Shown here one piece after another: positions 38,578-48,526 of a stretch of DNA of 64,000 nt. The DNA is from Minisyncoccota bacterium (GTDB lineage: Bacteria; Patescibacteriota; Minisyncoccia; Phycocordibacterales; UBA9973): assembly GCA_041662205.1 (NCBI GenBank), contig JBAZSZ010000001.1:226494-290493 (forward strand), given 5' to 3'. Under the pieces are notes generated by a model. It made no database searches. It saw nothing but the letters and a program-made list of their open reading frames with translations, and was not told where the DNA came from. The position numbers were made by a program, and so were the translations under genes. Each line of letters begins with the position of its first letter. Position 1 is the stretch's first letter.

Positions 38578-39947
38578 GCTCTAATATAATTAAAAACGCC
38601 ATAAATCCTTTAGACGGAAGATATTTTGACAAGAATCGGGCTTTAGCGCCTTATTTTTCTGAAGAGGCTTTGATGAAATACAGGGTGATGGTGGAGGTAG
38701 AATATTTAATCGCTTTATCCGAGAATAAAATATTTCGTAAATTAGCGCCAAATGAAATAAAAATAATCAGAAATCTTTATGAAAAATTTGATAATATTTC
38801 ATATCAAAAAATAAAAGAAATAGAAGCCACGACGAATCATGATGTAAAGGCAGTTGAATATTTTATAAAAAAAGAACTTTCAGAAACATCTTTAAAAGAT
38901 ATTACTGAGTGGGTGCATTTTGCCCTTACTTCCGAGGATACAAATAATTTAGCTTACGGATTGATATTAAGCGAAGCTGTGGCAAAAGTTTTAACGCCTA
39001 AATTAAAAGAAATAAATAATGAACTTGAAATTTTAGCTAAACGCTATAAGAATTTACCCATGCTCGCTCGTACTCACGGCCAACCAGCCAGCCCTACAAC
39101 TTTCGGCAAAGAAATTAATGTATTTGCCTGCAGACTTGAACGAGGCTTAAGTCATCTACTCGGACAAAAAATAATGGTTAAAATGAATGGTGCTTCTGGA
39201 AATTACAACGCTCACACAGTAGCTTTTCCAAAAATTGACTGGTTAAGGTTTACTAAAAATTTCATTTTAGATTTAAATAGAAAATTAATTTTTAAACTTG
39301 AGCTAAGTGAAGTAACAACACAAATCGAACCCCATGATTCCTATATCGAACTATTTGACCGTTTTAAAAGAATGAACTATATGCTTGTCGACCTCAACCA
39401 AGACATTTGGAGATATATTTCTGATAATTGGATAACTCAAAAAGCCAAGGAAGGAGAAGTCGGTTCTTCTACTATGCCACATAAAATAAATCCGATTGAT
39501 TTTGAAAATAGCGAAGGAAATCTAGGCCTCGCAAATACACTTTTTGAATTTTTTGCTAGAAAATTACCAATTTCACGTCTTCAGCGTGATCTTTCGGACT
39601 CTACAGTAGAACGCTCTTTTGGAACAGCTTTTGGACATTCGTATTTAGCTTATACTTCACTTCTAAATGGATTAAGTAAAATCAACGTAAACGAAACAAA
39701 AATAAAAGAAGATTTAAATAATCATCCTGAAATAATCACTGAAGCTATCCAAACTATTCTCAGGCGTGAAGGTATAGCTATGCCATATGAGAAATTAAAA
39801 GAATTAACACGTGGCAAACAAGTTACCCTAGAAGATATTCATAATTTTATTAAAGCACTCAAAATTAACGACAAACTTAAAAAAGAACTTTTGGCAATTA
39901 CTCCTGAAAATTATATAGGTCTTGCTTCAAAACTCGCTTCAAAGTAA
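38574..39947 (+). CDS. purB: adenylosuccinate lyase
   Basis: Fumarate-lyase signature GSSTMPHKINP. Confidence 0.9.
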   Translation: MSSNIIKNAINPLDGRYFDKNRALAPYFSEEALMKYRVMVEVEYLIALSENKIFRKLAPNEIKIIRNLYEKFDNISYQKIKEIEATTNHDVKAVEYFIKKELSETSLKDITEWVHFALTSEDTNNLAYGLILSEAVAKVLTPKLKEINNELEILAKRYKNLPMLARTHGQPASPTTFGKEINVFACRLERGLSHLLGQKIMVKMNGASGNYNAHTVAFPKIDWLRFTKNFILDLNRKLIFKLELSEVTTQIEPHDSYIELFDRFKRMNYMLVDLNQDIWRYISDNWITQKAKEGEVGSSTMPHKINPIDFENSEGNLGLANTLFEFFARKLPISRLQRDLSDSTVERSFGTAFGHSYLAYTSLLNGLSKINVNETKIKEDLNNHPEIITEAIQTILRREGIAMPYEKLKELTRGKQVTLEDIHNFIKALKINDKLKKELLAITPENYIGLASKLASK

Positions 39948-39956
39948 GATAGGGGA

Positions 39957-40229
39957 ATGGTATATAGAATTTCAGCTTCCGTTTTACTTTTATTTTCTAT
40001 CCTTTTCTTACCATTTTGGATGTCGATCATTTTAGCGTTAGCTCTAATGATTTATTTTAATGTTTTTTTGGAAGCAATTGTTTTATTTCTTTTATCAGAT
40101 TTTCTTTTTGGAGTAAAAGAAGCAAAATTTCACAATATGATTTTTATTTCTTTTATTATTATAACTATCATTTTAATAATAATAGAAATTACAAAAAAGA
40201 AACTAAAATTCTATCCTAACCACACTTAA
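39957..40229 (+). CDS. small hydrophobic membrane protein
   Basis: 90-aa ORF with three TM-like segments. Confidence 0.35.
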   Translation: MVYRISASVLLLFSILFLPFWMSIILALALMIYFNVFLEAIVLFLLSDFLFGVKEAKFHNMIFISFIIITIILIIIEITKKKLKFYPNHT

Positions 40230-40263
40230 AGGGTGGTTGTGCGGTATGATTTCGTAAAATCAA

Positions 40264-41991
40264 ATGATCACAAGAATGATAAAAAAGAATAAATTAAAAC
40301 ATAAAAATTCCTTTGTCGAACCCGATGAAATTTTTCTTGATTCAAAAAATTTACAAAATTTTGATCGTCAGCAATTTGAGGGACGAATAGAAAGACCGAT
40401 CTTGAAAAAAACTATTATAATGCTAGGTATTTCATTTTTGTTTTTTACTGGAATTTTTGGCACTCGCCTAGTTTATCTTCAAATAGGAAAAGGAGAGGTA
40501 TATTTTAATCGAAGCCAAAACAATATGTTAGAAAAAACCATTATTTTTACTGATAGAGGGATAATTTACGACCGAAATAAAAAAGAATTAGTGTGGAATA
40601 AAAAAGAAGACTTAGGGGCTATTGTTTCTACAGAGGACTCAATTTCTAATCCTCCCACTCGAGCATATTTATCTCCAGGATTTTCACATCTTCTAGGCTA
40701 CGTGAGCTATCCATCACAAGATAAAACGGGAAATTATTGGCAAGGTGAATTTATAGGCAAAGATGGATTAGAAAAACAATATAATGACATACTGAAAGGT
40801 GAAAATGGAGCCAAAATAATAGAAACTGATGCCTTTAAAAAAATATATTCAGAAAATATTGTAGATACTCCAAAACAAGGAACAGACTTAGTGACAACAA
40901 TAGACGCGCGGATACAAGGGGAATTATTCAACCTTATTAAAAATCTATCAGTTGATAGAACTTTTGCCGGTGGAGGAGGAGTAATAATGGATACTACTAA
41001 CGGAGAAATAATAACTACTACGAGTTTCCCTGAATATAATTCGGAAGTTTTATCATTTGGAAAAGATGTATCAACAATAAACAATTATCTTACTGATAAA
41101 AGAAAAGTTTTTGTAGATAAAAATATCTCAGGACTCTATACTCCTGGATCAATCGTAAAACCTTTTTTTGCTTTAGGAGCTCTTGCTGAAGGTGTGATTG
41201 ATCCATATAAAAAAATCCTTTCAACGGGCTCTATTTCTATTCCTAATCCATATTTCAAAGATCAAAAAACTATTTTTAAAGACTGGCAAGTAAACGGCTG
41301 GACAAATATGATGGAGGCAATAGCTGTGTCTTCAGATATTTATTTTTATGAAATTGGAGGAGGATTTGAAAATCAAAAAGGACTTGGTATAACAAATATA
41401 GAAAAATATGCAAAACTTTTTGGCTTTGGGGATAAAACCGGAATAGATCTTCCGGACGAAAAAAAGGGAATAATCCCCAGCCCAGAGTGGAAAGCTTCAA
41501 ACTTCAAAAACGATTCTTGGCGCATTGGAGATACTTATCATACCGCCATCGGACAATATGGTTTTCAAGTAACTCCGATGGAAATGGCTAGAGCAGTGGG
41601 GGCTATTGCAAATAATGGCAAATTATTAACTCCACATTTGATATTAAATGATACTGAAAAAGAAAATCAAAATACTATAATAAATTTAGATAAAGAATAT
41701 TTTGATACTGTCCACCAAGGAATGAGGCTCGCTGTAACTGCTGGAACTGCTATCTCGCTCAATGTACCATATGTTCAGGCCGCTGCTAAAACTGGTACCG
41801 CCCAAGTCGGTCTAGCAAAAAATAAGATAAACTCTTGGATCATAGGTTTTTTCCCTTACGATAATCCTAAATACGCTTTTGCGATTATGATGGAAGCAGG
41901 ACCATCTATTACGGGAAGTGGCGCAGCTGCATCTATCATGCGTCAACTCCTTGACTGGATGTCTTTAAATACTCCTGAATACTTCCAATAA
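40264..41991 (+). CDS. class B penicillin-binding protein (PBP2-type transpeptidase)
   Basis: N-terminal TM, PBP dimerisation domain, transpeptidase motifs (S..K in PGSIVKP, SSD, KTGTA). Confidence 0.8.
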   Translation: MITRMIKKNKLKHKNSFVEPDEIFLDSKNLQNFDRQQFEGRIERPILKKTIIMLGISFLFFTGIFGTRLVYLQIGKGEVYFNRSQNNMLEKTIIFTDRGIIYDRNKKELVWNKKEDLGAIVSTEDSISNPPTRAYLSPGFSHLLGYVSYPSQDKTGNYWQGEFIGKDGLEKQYNDILKGENGAKIIETDAFKKIYSENIVDTPKQGTDLVTTIDARIQGELFNLIKNLSVDRTFAGGGGVIMDTTNGEIITTTSFPEYNSEVLSFGKDVSTINNYLTDKRKVFVDKNISGLYTPGSIVKPFFALGALAEGVIDPYKKILSTGSISIPNPYFKDQKTIFKDWQVNGWTNMMEAIAVSSDIYFYEIGGGFENQKGLGITNIEKYAKLFGFGDKTGIDLPDEKKGIIPSPEWKASNFKNDSWRIGDTYHTAIGQYGFQVTPMEMARAVGAIANNGKLLTPHLILNDTEKENQNTIINLDKEYFDTVHQGMRLAVTAGTAISLNVPYVQAAAKTGTAQVGLAKNKINSWIIGFFPYDNPKYAFAIMMEAGPSITGSGAAASIMRQLLDWMSLNTPEYFQ

Positions 41992-41999
41992 ATGGTTTT

Positions 42000-42995
42000 A
42001 TGTTGTACTATATAAGCATGTTTTCTTGGCTAAAAAAGCATTTTATACCGCATGAGGGGAATGAACATCGTCCCCATATATTACGTAGTGAAAATATCCG
42101 TAAGATTGTTGTTTTAATTATTTTTTTAGAAATAATAACTTTTCTTTTACCGACATTCACTCACGTTAATACGACAGGGAATATGGCGACAGTTTTACCT
42201 GCAGTCTTGGCGGGCCTTACTAATGTTGAACGACAATCACAAAATCTTCCTGTGCTTACTGAAAGTCCAATCTTAAACAAGGCGGCAGAAATGAAAGCAG
42301 AAGATATGGCCACAAAAAGTTATTTTGCCCACACTAGCCCAGAAGGAAAAACTCCTTGGTATTGGCTCACCCAAGTTGAATATAAATATCAATACGCCGG
42401 TGAAAATTTAGCAATCAATTTTAGTGATTCAAGAGATGTCACCAATGCGTGGATGGCAAGTCCTACTCATAAAGCGAATATTGTAAAAGGAAATTATACT
42501 GAAATAGGTACTGGTGTTGCGCGTGGTATCTATGAAGGCAAAGAAACGATATTCGTAGCACAAGTCTATGCCAATCCTTTACCTAAAGAAATAAGTCAAA
42601 TTCAACCTAAGAAAATAATAACTGAACCAAAAACAACACCTAAAATTGTAAGCATAGAAAAACCCACAAATGTTCTTGGAACAGAAACGATCGTAACTAC
42701 CGAAAACATCCCTGATACTCAGAGTATTTCACTAAATCCCATTCAAAATCCTACCTTCTGGCAGAAATTATTGGCTTCTCCTCGTAATACGATAAATATA
42801 ATTCTTTATATTATTTTGGGAACAATCCTTATAGCATTACTCCTCTATGTCATTTTTAAAATAGAAAATTATCATCTCGACCTAATAACAAATGGATTAA
42901 TTGTCTTCGCTATCATCGGAGCAATTTTTACTACAAATTATTATTTAAGTCATCACAATATGGTAATCACTCAAAGTTTAGATTATTCAATTTAA
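42000..42995 (+). CDS. CAP/SCP/PR-1 domain protein with TM anchors
   Basis: YFAHTSPEG and GENLA CAP-domain motifs; N- and C-terminal TM helices. Confidence 0.6.
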   Translation: MLYYISMFSWLKKHFIPHEGNEHRPHILRSENIRKIVVLIIFLEIITFLLPTFTHVNTTGNMATVLPAVLAGLTNVERQSQNLPVLTESPILNKAAEMKAEDMATKSYFAHTSPEGKTPWYWLTQVEYKYQYAGENLAINFSDSRDVTNAWMASPTHKANIVKGNYTEIGTGVARGIYEGKETIFVAQVYANPLPKEISQIQPKKIITEPKTTPKIVSIEKPTNVLGTETIVTTENIPDTQSISLNPIQNPTFWQKLLASPRNTINIILYIILGTILIALLLYVIFKIENYHLDLITNGLIVFAIIGAIFTTNYYLSHHNMVITQSLDYSI

Positions 42996-43026
42996 AACTA
43001 GACCTATTTGTGTTACAATTAGAATA

Positions 43027-43803
43027 ATGAAGAAATATATTTTTACATTACTTTTTCTTTTTGCTTTACTGATATTTTCCTTGGTTTTTTACTATAAATT
43101 TGATCCATCTGTGCTCACCAGACTTTCTTTTTATATGAGTTTGGCGAATCCTTCTATGCGCATCGTTAAGGTAGAAGAAGGTCTACGTAAAGAAGAGGTG
43201 GCGCAAGTAGTTGCAAATAAACTTGGTTGGAATACACAAGAAAAAGAGGATTTTATAAAAAGTGCAAATGTTGAAGGATATTTTTTCCCAAAAACTTATT
43301 TAATTTACAAGGATGATAATCCATCTACGGTTAAAACGACCATGCTTGATGAATTCAATAAACAAGTGAGTAAAGTTAAAAAACCAAAATCAAAACAAAC
43401 AATAAACGAAGATACTGCTATTAAAATCGCTTCTATCATTCAGCGTGAAGCAGCCGGCAAGAAAGATATGAATTTAATCTCAGGAATAATCTGGAATCGT
43501 ATTTTCAACGGTATGAAACTGCAAATAGATGCGACTCTGCAATATGCAAAAGGTAGTGAAGAAAATGGTTGGTGGCAACAAGTTGATTCTAAAGACAAAA
43601 AAATTGATTCTTCTTATAATACTTATCTGCATGCTGGATTACCACCTGGACCCATCGCTAGTCCTGGACTCGCTGCTATTTCTGCCGCTTATAATCCGCA
43701 AAAAACAAAATGTCTATTTTATTTACACGATAAAAACAGAAAAATTCACTGTACATCAACCTACGAAGAGCATAAAAAAAATATCGAAACTTACCTTAAA
43801 TAA
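43027..43803 (+). CDS. mltG: endolytic murein transglycosylase MltG (YceG family)
   Basis: GLPPGPIASPG motif and N-terminal TM. Confidence 0.75.
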   Translation: MKKYIFTLLFLFALLIFSLVFYYKFDPSVLTRLSFYMSLANPSMRIVKVEEGLRKEEVAQVVANKLGWNTQEKEDFIKSANVEGYFFPKTYLIYKDDNPSTVKTTMLDEFNKQVSKVKKPKSKQTINEDTAIKIASIIQREAAGKKDMNLISGIIWNRIFNGMKLQIDATLQYAKGSEENGWWQQVDSKDKKIDSSYNTYLHAGLPPGPIASPGLAAISAAYNPQKTKCLFYLHDKNRKIHCTSTYEEHKKNIETYLK

Positions 43804-43853
43804 AGAAAAGAACTAGCTTGCATATATTAGTCCTTTATTGATACAATATACCT

Positions 43854-44072
43854 ATGCAAAAGGCACGTATATTTTTAATTTTGGGTATTTGGATAACCAT
43901 ATTGCCATATTTAGGTTTCCCATATTCTTGGAAAGATATTCTAACAACTCTTTCTGGACTTGGAATTATTTTTGGAAGTTATTTATTGTATAAGGAATCT
44001 AAAAAAGAAGGGATAGGGAAAGGAAAAACTTTTGATAATTTTAGAGAGAATGAATTTAAAGGTGGAGAATAA
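43854..44072 (+). CDS. small membrane protein
   Basis: 72 aa, two TM segments. Confidence 0.35.
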   Translation: MQKARIFLILGIWITILPYLGFPYSWKDILTTLSGLGIIFGSYLLYKESKKEGIGKGKTFDNFRENEFKGGE

Positions 44073-44092
44073 AAATAATAAATATTAATTTA

Positions 44093-45331
44093 ATGCAAAA
44101 TTTTTTTGATTTTCTAAAAGCAAAACGTGTCACTACTATTATTTTAATAGTTTTTTTATTTATCACTACTTTTTTAGGAGGCGTATATGTTGGTGATTCC
44201 AATCGACCAGAAATAGATAAGGTTTTAGGTATTTCTAATAAAGAAACAGAGATCGCGATAAAAACCGACTTTTCCCCATTTTGGAAGGTCTGGAATACTA
44301 TTAATGAAAAAAATCCATCCGCCAGCAGTGTAACTGACCAGGACAAGATATATGGGGCAATTGGAGGGCTTGTAAGCTCATTAAATGACCCTTACAGTGT
44401 GTTTTTCAACCCAGATGAGACGAAGTCCTTTGAAGAAGAAATCGCTGGTAATTTTGATGGTATTGGCATGGAGGTAGGCATAAAAGACAAAATACTCACC
44501 GTCATCGCACCACTTAAAGATACTCCTGCTTATAAAGCGAACATAAAGTCTGGTGATAAAATTCTTAAAATTAATGAAAAAGTTACTTCCGATTTAAGTA
44601 TAGAAGAAGCAATTAAATTAATACGAGGACCAAAAGGAACAACTGTCACACTTACAATTTTTAGAGAGGGAAGTCAAAAACCAGAAGAAATAAAAATAGT
44701 GCGAGATACCATTAATATACCGACTTTAGATACAGAGCTAAGAAAAGATGGAATTTTTGTAATTAAACTCTATAGTTTTTCAGCCAATTCTGCCAATCTT
44801 TTCAGGAACGCAATGAAACAATTTGCCGAATCTGGAACAGACAAGCTTTTACTTGATTTAAGAGGAAATCCTGGGGGATATTTAGATGCATCAGTAGACA
44901 TGGCGAGCTGGTTCTTACCTGAAAGAAAAACTGTCGTAATCGAAGACTATGGCAATAACAAAACAGCCAAGACATTTCGAAGTAAAGGTTATAATATTTT
45001 CAATGACAAATTAAAATTTATAATTTTAATAGATGACGGTTCAGCTTCAGCTTCTGAGATTCTTGCGGGCGCCTTACAAGACAATGGACGAGCAAAATTA
45101 GTAGGAAGTAGAAGTTTCGGTAAGGGATCAGTACAAGAAGTCGTCAATGTAACTCCTAACACGATTTTAAAAATTACTGTAGCAAAATGGCTCACCCCTA
45201 ATGGAACTTCTATTTCTGAAAAAGGTTTAACCCCTGATTACCCTGTAGAAATTACTCAAAAAGATTTAGATGCAAAAATAGATTCACAATTAAATAAAGC
45301 TGTACAATTATTATTATCGCCCAGCAACTAA
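44093..45331 (+). CDS. C-terminal processing peptidase (S41) with PDZ domain
   Basis: GNPGGY...DDGSASASEILAGALQ...GKGSVQ are S41 catalytic motifs. Confidence 0.8.
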   Translation: MQNFFDFLKAKRVTTIILIVFLFITTFLGGVYVGDSNRPEIDKVLGISNKETEIAIKTDFSPFWKVWNTINEKNPSASSVTDQDKIYGAIGGLVSSLNDPYSVFFNPDETKSFEEEIAGNFDGIGMEVGIKDKILTVIAPLKDTPAYKANIKSGDKILKINEKVTSDLSIEEAIKLIRGPKGTTVTLTIFREGSQKPEEIKIVRDTINIPTLDTELRKDGIFVIKLYSFSANSANLFRNAMKQFAESGTDKLLLDLRGNPGGYLDASVDMASWFLPERKTVVIEDYGNNKTAKTFRSKGYNIFNDKLKFIILIDDGSASASEILAGALQDNGRAKLVGSRSFGKGSVQEVVNVTPNTILKITVAKWLTPNGTSISEKGLTPDYPVEITQKDLDAKIDSQLNKAVQLLLSPSN

Positions 45332-45349
45332 AAGCTTAATATCTAATTT

Positions 45350-45793
45350 ATGAAAGTCATCTTTTTACAAGACGTCCCAAGGGTAGGGAGAAGGCATGAT
45401 ACAAAAGAAGTGAATGACGGTTATGCCTTAAATTTTCTGATTCCTAGAAAGCTAGCTGAAATGGCCACTCCCACTACAATTGCTTTACTCGAGACAAGAA
45501 TGAAAAATATTAAAATAGAAAGAGAGATGCAAGAAGATCTTTTGTTAAAAAATTTAGAAAAAATAAAAGGAAAAGTCATCACCATAAAAGCCAAGGCAGA
45601 TGAGAAAGGGCATTTATTCTCTGGAATAAAAAATAAAGAAATTATAAAAGAAATGAAGGCTCAACATAACGCTGAGCTTAGTGAAGAATCTATCGTTTTA
45701 GAAAAACCAATTAAAGAAATAGGGGAGTTTGAAATCCCTATTTCTATTCAAGGCAAAAAATCTTCTTTTAAGTTAATGATAGAGAAAGCTTAG
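45350..45793 (+). CDS. rplI: 50S ribosomal protein L9
   Basis: MKVIFLQDVPRVGRRHDTKEVNDGYALNFLIP. Confidence 0.85.
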   Translation: MKVIFLQDVPRVGRRHDTKEVNDGYALNFLIPRKLAEMATPTTIALLETRMKNIKIEREMQEDLLLKNLEKIKGKVITIKAKADEKGHLFSGIKNKEIIKEMKAQHNAELSEESIVLEKPIKEIGEFEIPISIQGKKSSFKLMIEKA

Positions 45794-45794
45794 C

Positions 45795-46067
45795 TTACAC
45801 TACATTAACTACTTTTTTAACTGCTGTTTTGCCGTTAAAGGAAGTTTTACGTTTTATACCAAATTTAACTATACCGTCTTTTAGAGCGAAAAGGGTATGA
45901 TCCTTGCCTGCAGAAACGTTTGTACCAGCCATAATAGCTGTACCACGCTGACGAACGATAATAGAGCCAGATTGAGCCTTTTGGCCGTCAGTAAGCTTTA
46001 TTCCAAGGTATTGTGGATTAGAATCTCTTAAGTTTTTCGCGGTTCCGCCCGCTTTTCTATGTGCCAT
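45795..46067 (-). CDS. rpmA: 50S ribosomal protein L27
   Basis: [19 protein letters not shown]...[11 protein letters not shown]...[13 protein letters not shown]. Confidence 0.9.
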   Translation of the reverse strand: MAHRKAGGTAKNLRDSNPQYLGIKLTDGQKAQSGSIIVRQRGTAIMAGTNVSAGKDHTLFALKDGIVKFGIKRKTSFNGKTAVKKVVNVV

Positions 46068-46167
46068 AAAATACAGTATAATTTATTTTATTAAAAAAAT
46101 CAAGTTATTTCTTTAAAAATACGATACATTGATAATAAATTATCAATCACATATAATGTAAAAATGC

Positions 46168-46581
46168 TTGGAGAAATCGAAAATTTTTATGGAAAAAATT
46201 AAGCAATTTTTTAATGTAACTATTCAAAGTGAAAAAGGAAAAGATATCCTAATAGTTGTCATCGTAATTTTAGTAGGCCTAGGCTCATTTGAACTAGGTA
46301 GACTATCAAAAGAAAACACCTCTAAGGGCATAAAAATTGAATATTCAGACCAAAATACATCGCAGGCGAGTGCTAATGCAATTTCAACAATTTCGGATTT
46401 TCAACGTCCGAATTCTGATAATTTTTCAGGTAAAACTTTTTTTGCCTCTAGAAAGGGAAGTAAATATTATTCTTTAGGATGTTCTGCTGGTAAAACTATA
46501 AAACAAGAAAATAGAGTTTACTTTACGACAGGGGAAGAGGCAGAAGTAGCCGGCTATGCGCTTTCTAGCTCATGTAGATAA
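46168..46581 (+). CDS. membrane-anchored protein with C-terminal Ada-like Cys metal-binding domain
   Basis: FFASRKGSKYYSLGCSAGKTIKQENRVYFTTGEEAEVAGYALSSSC resembles the Ada_Zn_binding fold. Confidence 0.5.
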   Translation: MEKSKIFMEKIKQFFNVTIQSEKGKDILIVVIVILVGLGSFELGRLSKENTSKGIKIEYSDQNTSQASANAISTISDFQRPNSDNFSGKTFFASRKGSKYYSLGCSAGKTIKQENRVYFTTGEEAEVAGYALSSSCR

Positions 46582-46667
46582 TATATACTTGTGTCGCACA
46601 ATATATGTTTGCGGTATGTTGTTTATTATATATAGATAAAAACTATACAGAAGGACTGCCCCGACTT

Positions 46668-46991
46668 TTACTGAATTTTTAGATTATTAACTGCGTTGTC
46701 AAAATCGGTGGGCTTTCCATCACGCATATTTTCCATATTTGAAATAAAATCTTTCCAAATAATATTTACCAAAACATCATTCCAAAAAAAAGATATCGGT
46801 TTTGCAAAATAAGTGCTCCATACTCTTTTTGCCTCTCCCCTAACATAGTTTACATTTTCTTGTCCTGCGGGACTTTCTACGACAGACTTGATGCTAATAT
46901 GAAAATAGCTAAGAATCAAAATAAGAATAAATCCAAAAACAAGAACTCCTAGGATGCTTATTCCATCTTGTTTGTTGTTTTTGTTTTTCAT
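46668..46991 (-). CDS. hypothetical membrane protein
   Basis: 107-aa ORF with N-terminal TM. Confidence 0.35.
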   Translation of the reverse strand: MKNKNNKQDGISILGVLVFGFILILILSYFHISIKSVVESPAGQENVNYVRGEAKRVWSTYFAKPISFFWNDVLVNIIWKDFISNMENMRDGKPTDFDNAVNNLKIQ

Positions 46992-47224
46992 AAAATGATT
47001 TATTTTAAAACACTTCTAAAAATTGAGATGAACCAATCGAAAACCCCAGAAACAGTTATTCCAAAATATTTCATTATAAGCAAAGCCAAAACAATAAGAA
47101 TTATTATCTGCAAAAAACCACTTTGCTTTCCACCACGACGGGTAAAATTTTTTATTTCATTTTTCATACTTATATTTTACCATACTAAATTTAGTTAAGG
47201 CAATAAATATTTGCATATCAAGGG

Positions 47225-48526
47225 TCACTTAAACATGCTTGAATTAGTTGAGGGTAAATAATACATTGGATCAAGATAAGCGTTTGTAGGCGCGATAGGT
47301 TGAGTCAAGGATTTTCCAGGACAAGACTTACTTGGAAGATTCTTTACCTCAGCTGCGTTAGGGGCATAAACAGAGACATGTAAATGCGGACCTGTAGAAT
47401 AACCTGTATTACCACTATAAGCCACCACCGTACCTCTCGCTACTCTTTCCCCCACGTTTGCTTTGATTAAGGATAGATGCCCAAAAGCACTAGATAAGCC
47501 ATTATCATATTTAATAAAAACAAATTTACCGAAAGAAGCACCTGGGCACTGTACATCCGTATCTCCAATACCTGCTACCACGCCAGCAGCCATGGCTTTG
47601 ACTGGTGTGCCTACGGAAGCACGAAAGTCTACTCCACCATGAGAACCAGACACATAAAGTCTTTTTGAATCAACTGTTTTCCCAAAAAGCTGAGTGATAA
47701 ATACATAATCAAGAGGCCAAGAAAATACCCCAGCATTCGGTAGTTTTGAGGGATCTAAAATATATTTTAATTGGGATTCATAATCTCGCAATTCTTTTTC
47801 AATTGCATTTTTTTGAGCAAGCTTATCTTTTAAAATTTTCTGATAATTAGCCTCGCTATTTTTTGTTTGCGCTAAAAGCTTACTCTTTTCTTTTGTATTT
47901 TGCGCCACTATCTTTTGCTGATCTGAAAGTTTAGATTTAAGTTTTGAAAGTTCATTTTTTGCGTCAATTGTAACCTTTCTTGTATCTTCCAAAATCCCTT
48001 TCGTTTGTTTGAGTACTATTATATCCGCTCTGAGTCTTTCACGAATAGTGACTATATTATCTATATCATTCCAAATCACACTCATATCATTACTAGATAA
48101 CATATTTTCTACTAAACTAGTCTGTTCAAATTCTTCTATATTTTTAATTTCAAATTTAATAGAATTTATATTATTTTCAATAGAATCTTCTTTATTACTT
48201 ATGTCTGAACTTAAATTTTGTATGGTAAAATTTGTTTTATCAATTTTTTTCTGAGTAATAGTGATATCTGCATTTAATTTTTTTTTATTTAAATCAAGGG
48301 CTTTTAAGGAACTATTTAGAGAACTCTTTTGTTGCCCTAAGTTATCGAGCTGTGATTGATAAATAGCTATTTCTTGTTCTATTTTTTTTATATCAGCATC
48401 CTTTTGATTGATCTGGCTTTGAATTTCAGCAGCCGTTTGAGCATAAGAAAAAGCAATGGGGATTACCAGTAAAATTATTAACAATAATATCTTAAATTGC
48501 TTTTTGTAGTCGTAATAAAGTTTCAT
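47225..48526 (-). CDS. M23 family metallopeptidase with N-terminal coiled coil (EnvC-like)
   Basis: HGGVDFRASVGTPVKA and GNTGYSTGPHLH; long coiled-coil N-terminal half. Confidence 0.8.
   Translation of the reverse strand: MKLYYDYKKQFKILLLIILLVIPIAFSYAQTAAEIQSQINQKDADIKKIEQEIAIYQSQLDNLGQQKSSLNSSLKALDLNKKKLNADITITQKKIDKTNFTIQNLSSDISNKEDSIENNINSIKFEIKNIEEFEQTSLVENMLSSNDMSVIWNDIDNIVTIRERLRADIIVLKQTKGILEDTRKVTIDAKNELSKLKSKLSDQQKIVAQNTKEKSKLLAQTKNSEANYQKILKDKLAQKNAIEKELRDYESQLKYILDPSKLPNAGVFSWPLDYVFITQLFGKTVDSKRLYVSGSHGGVDFRASVGTPVKAMAAGVVAGIGDTDVQCPGASFGKFVFIKYDNGLSSAFGHLSLIKANVGERVARGTVVAYSGNTGYSTGPHLHVSVYAPNAAEVKNLPSKSCPGKSLTQPIAPTNAYLDPMYYLPSTNSSMFK

Noticed and set aside
43529-43816. 95-aa + strand ORF overlapping the 3' half of mltG in another frame
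   Set aside because: It lies entirely within the well-supported MltG coding region and has a Lys-rich low-complexity translation. It is a frame shadow.
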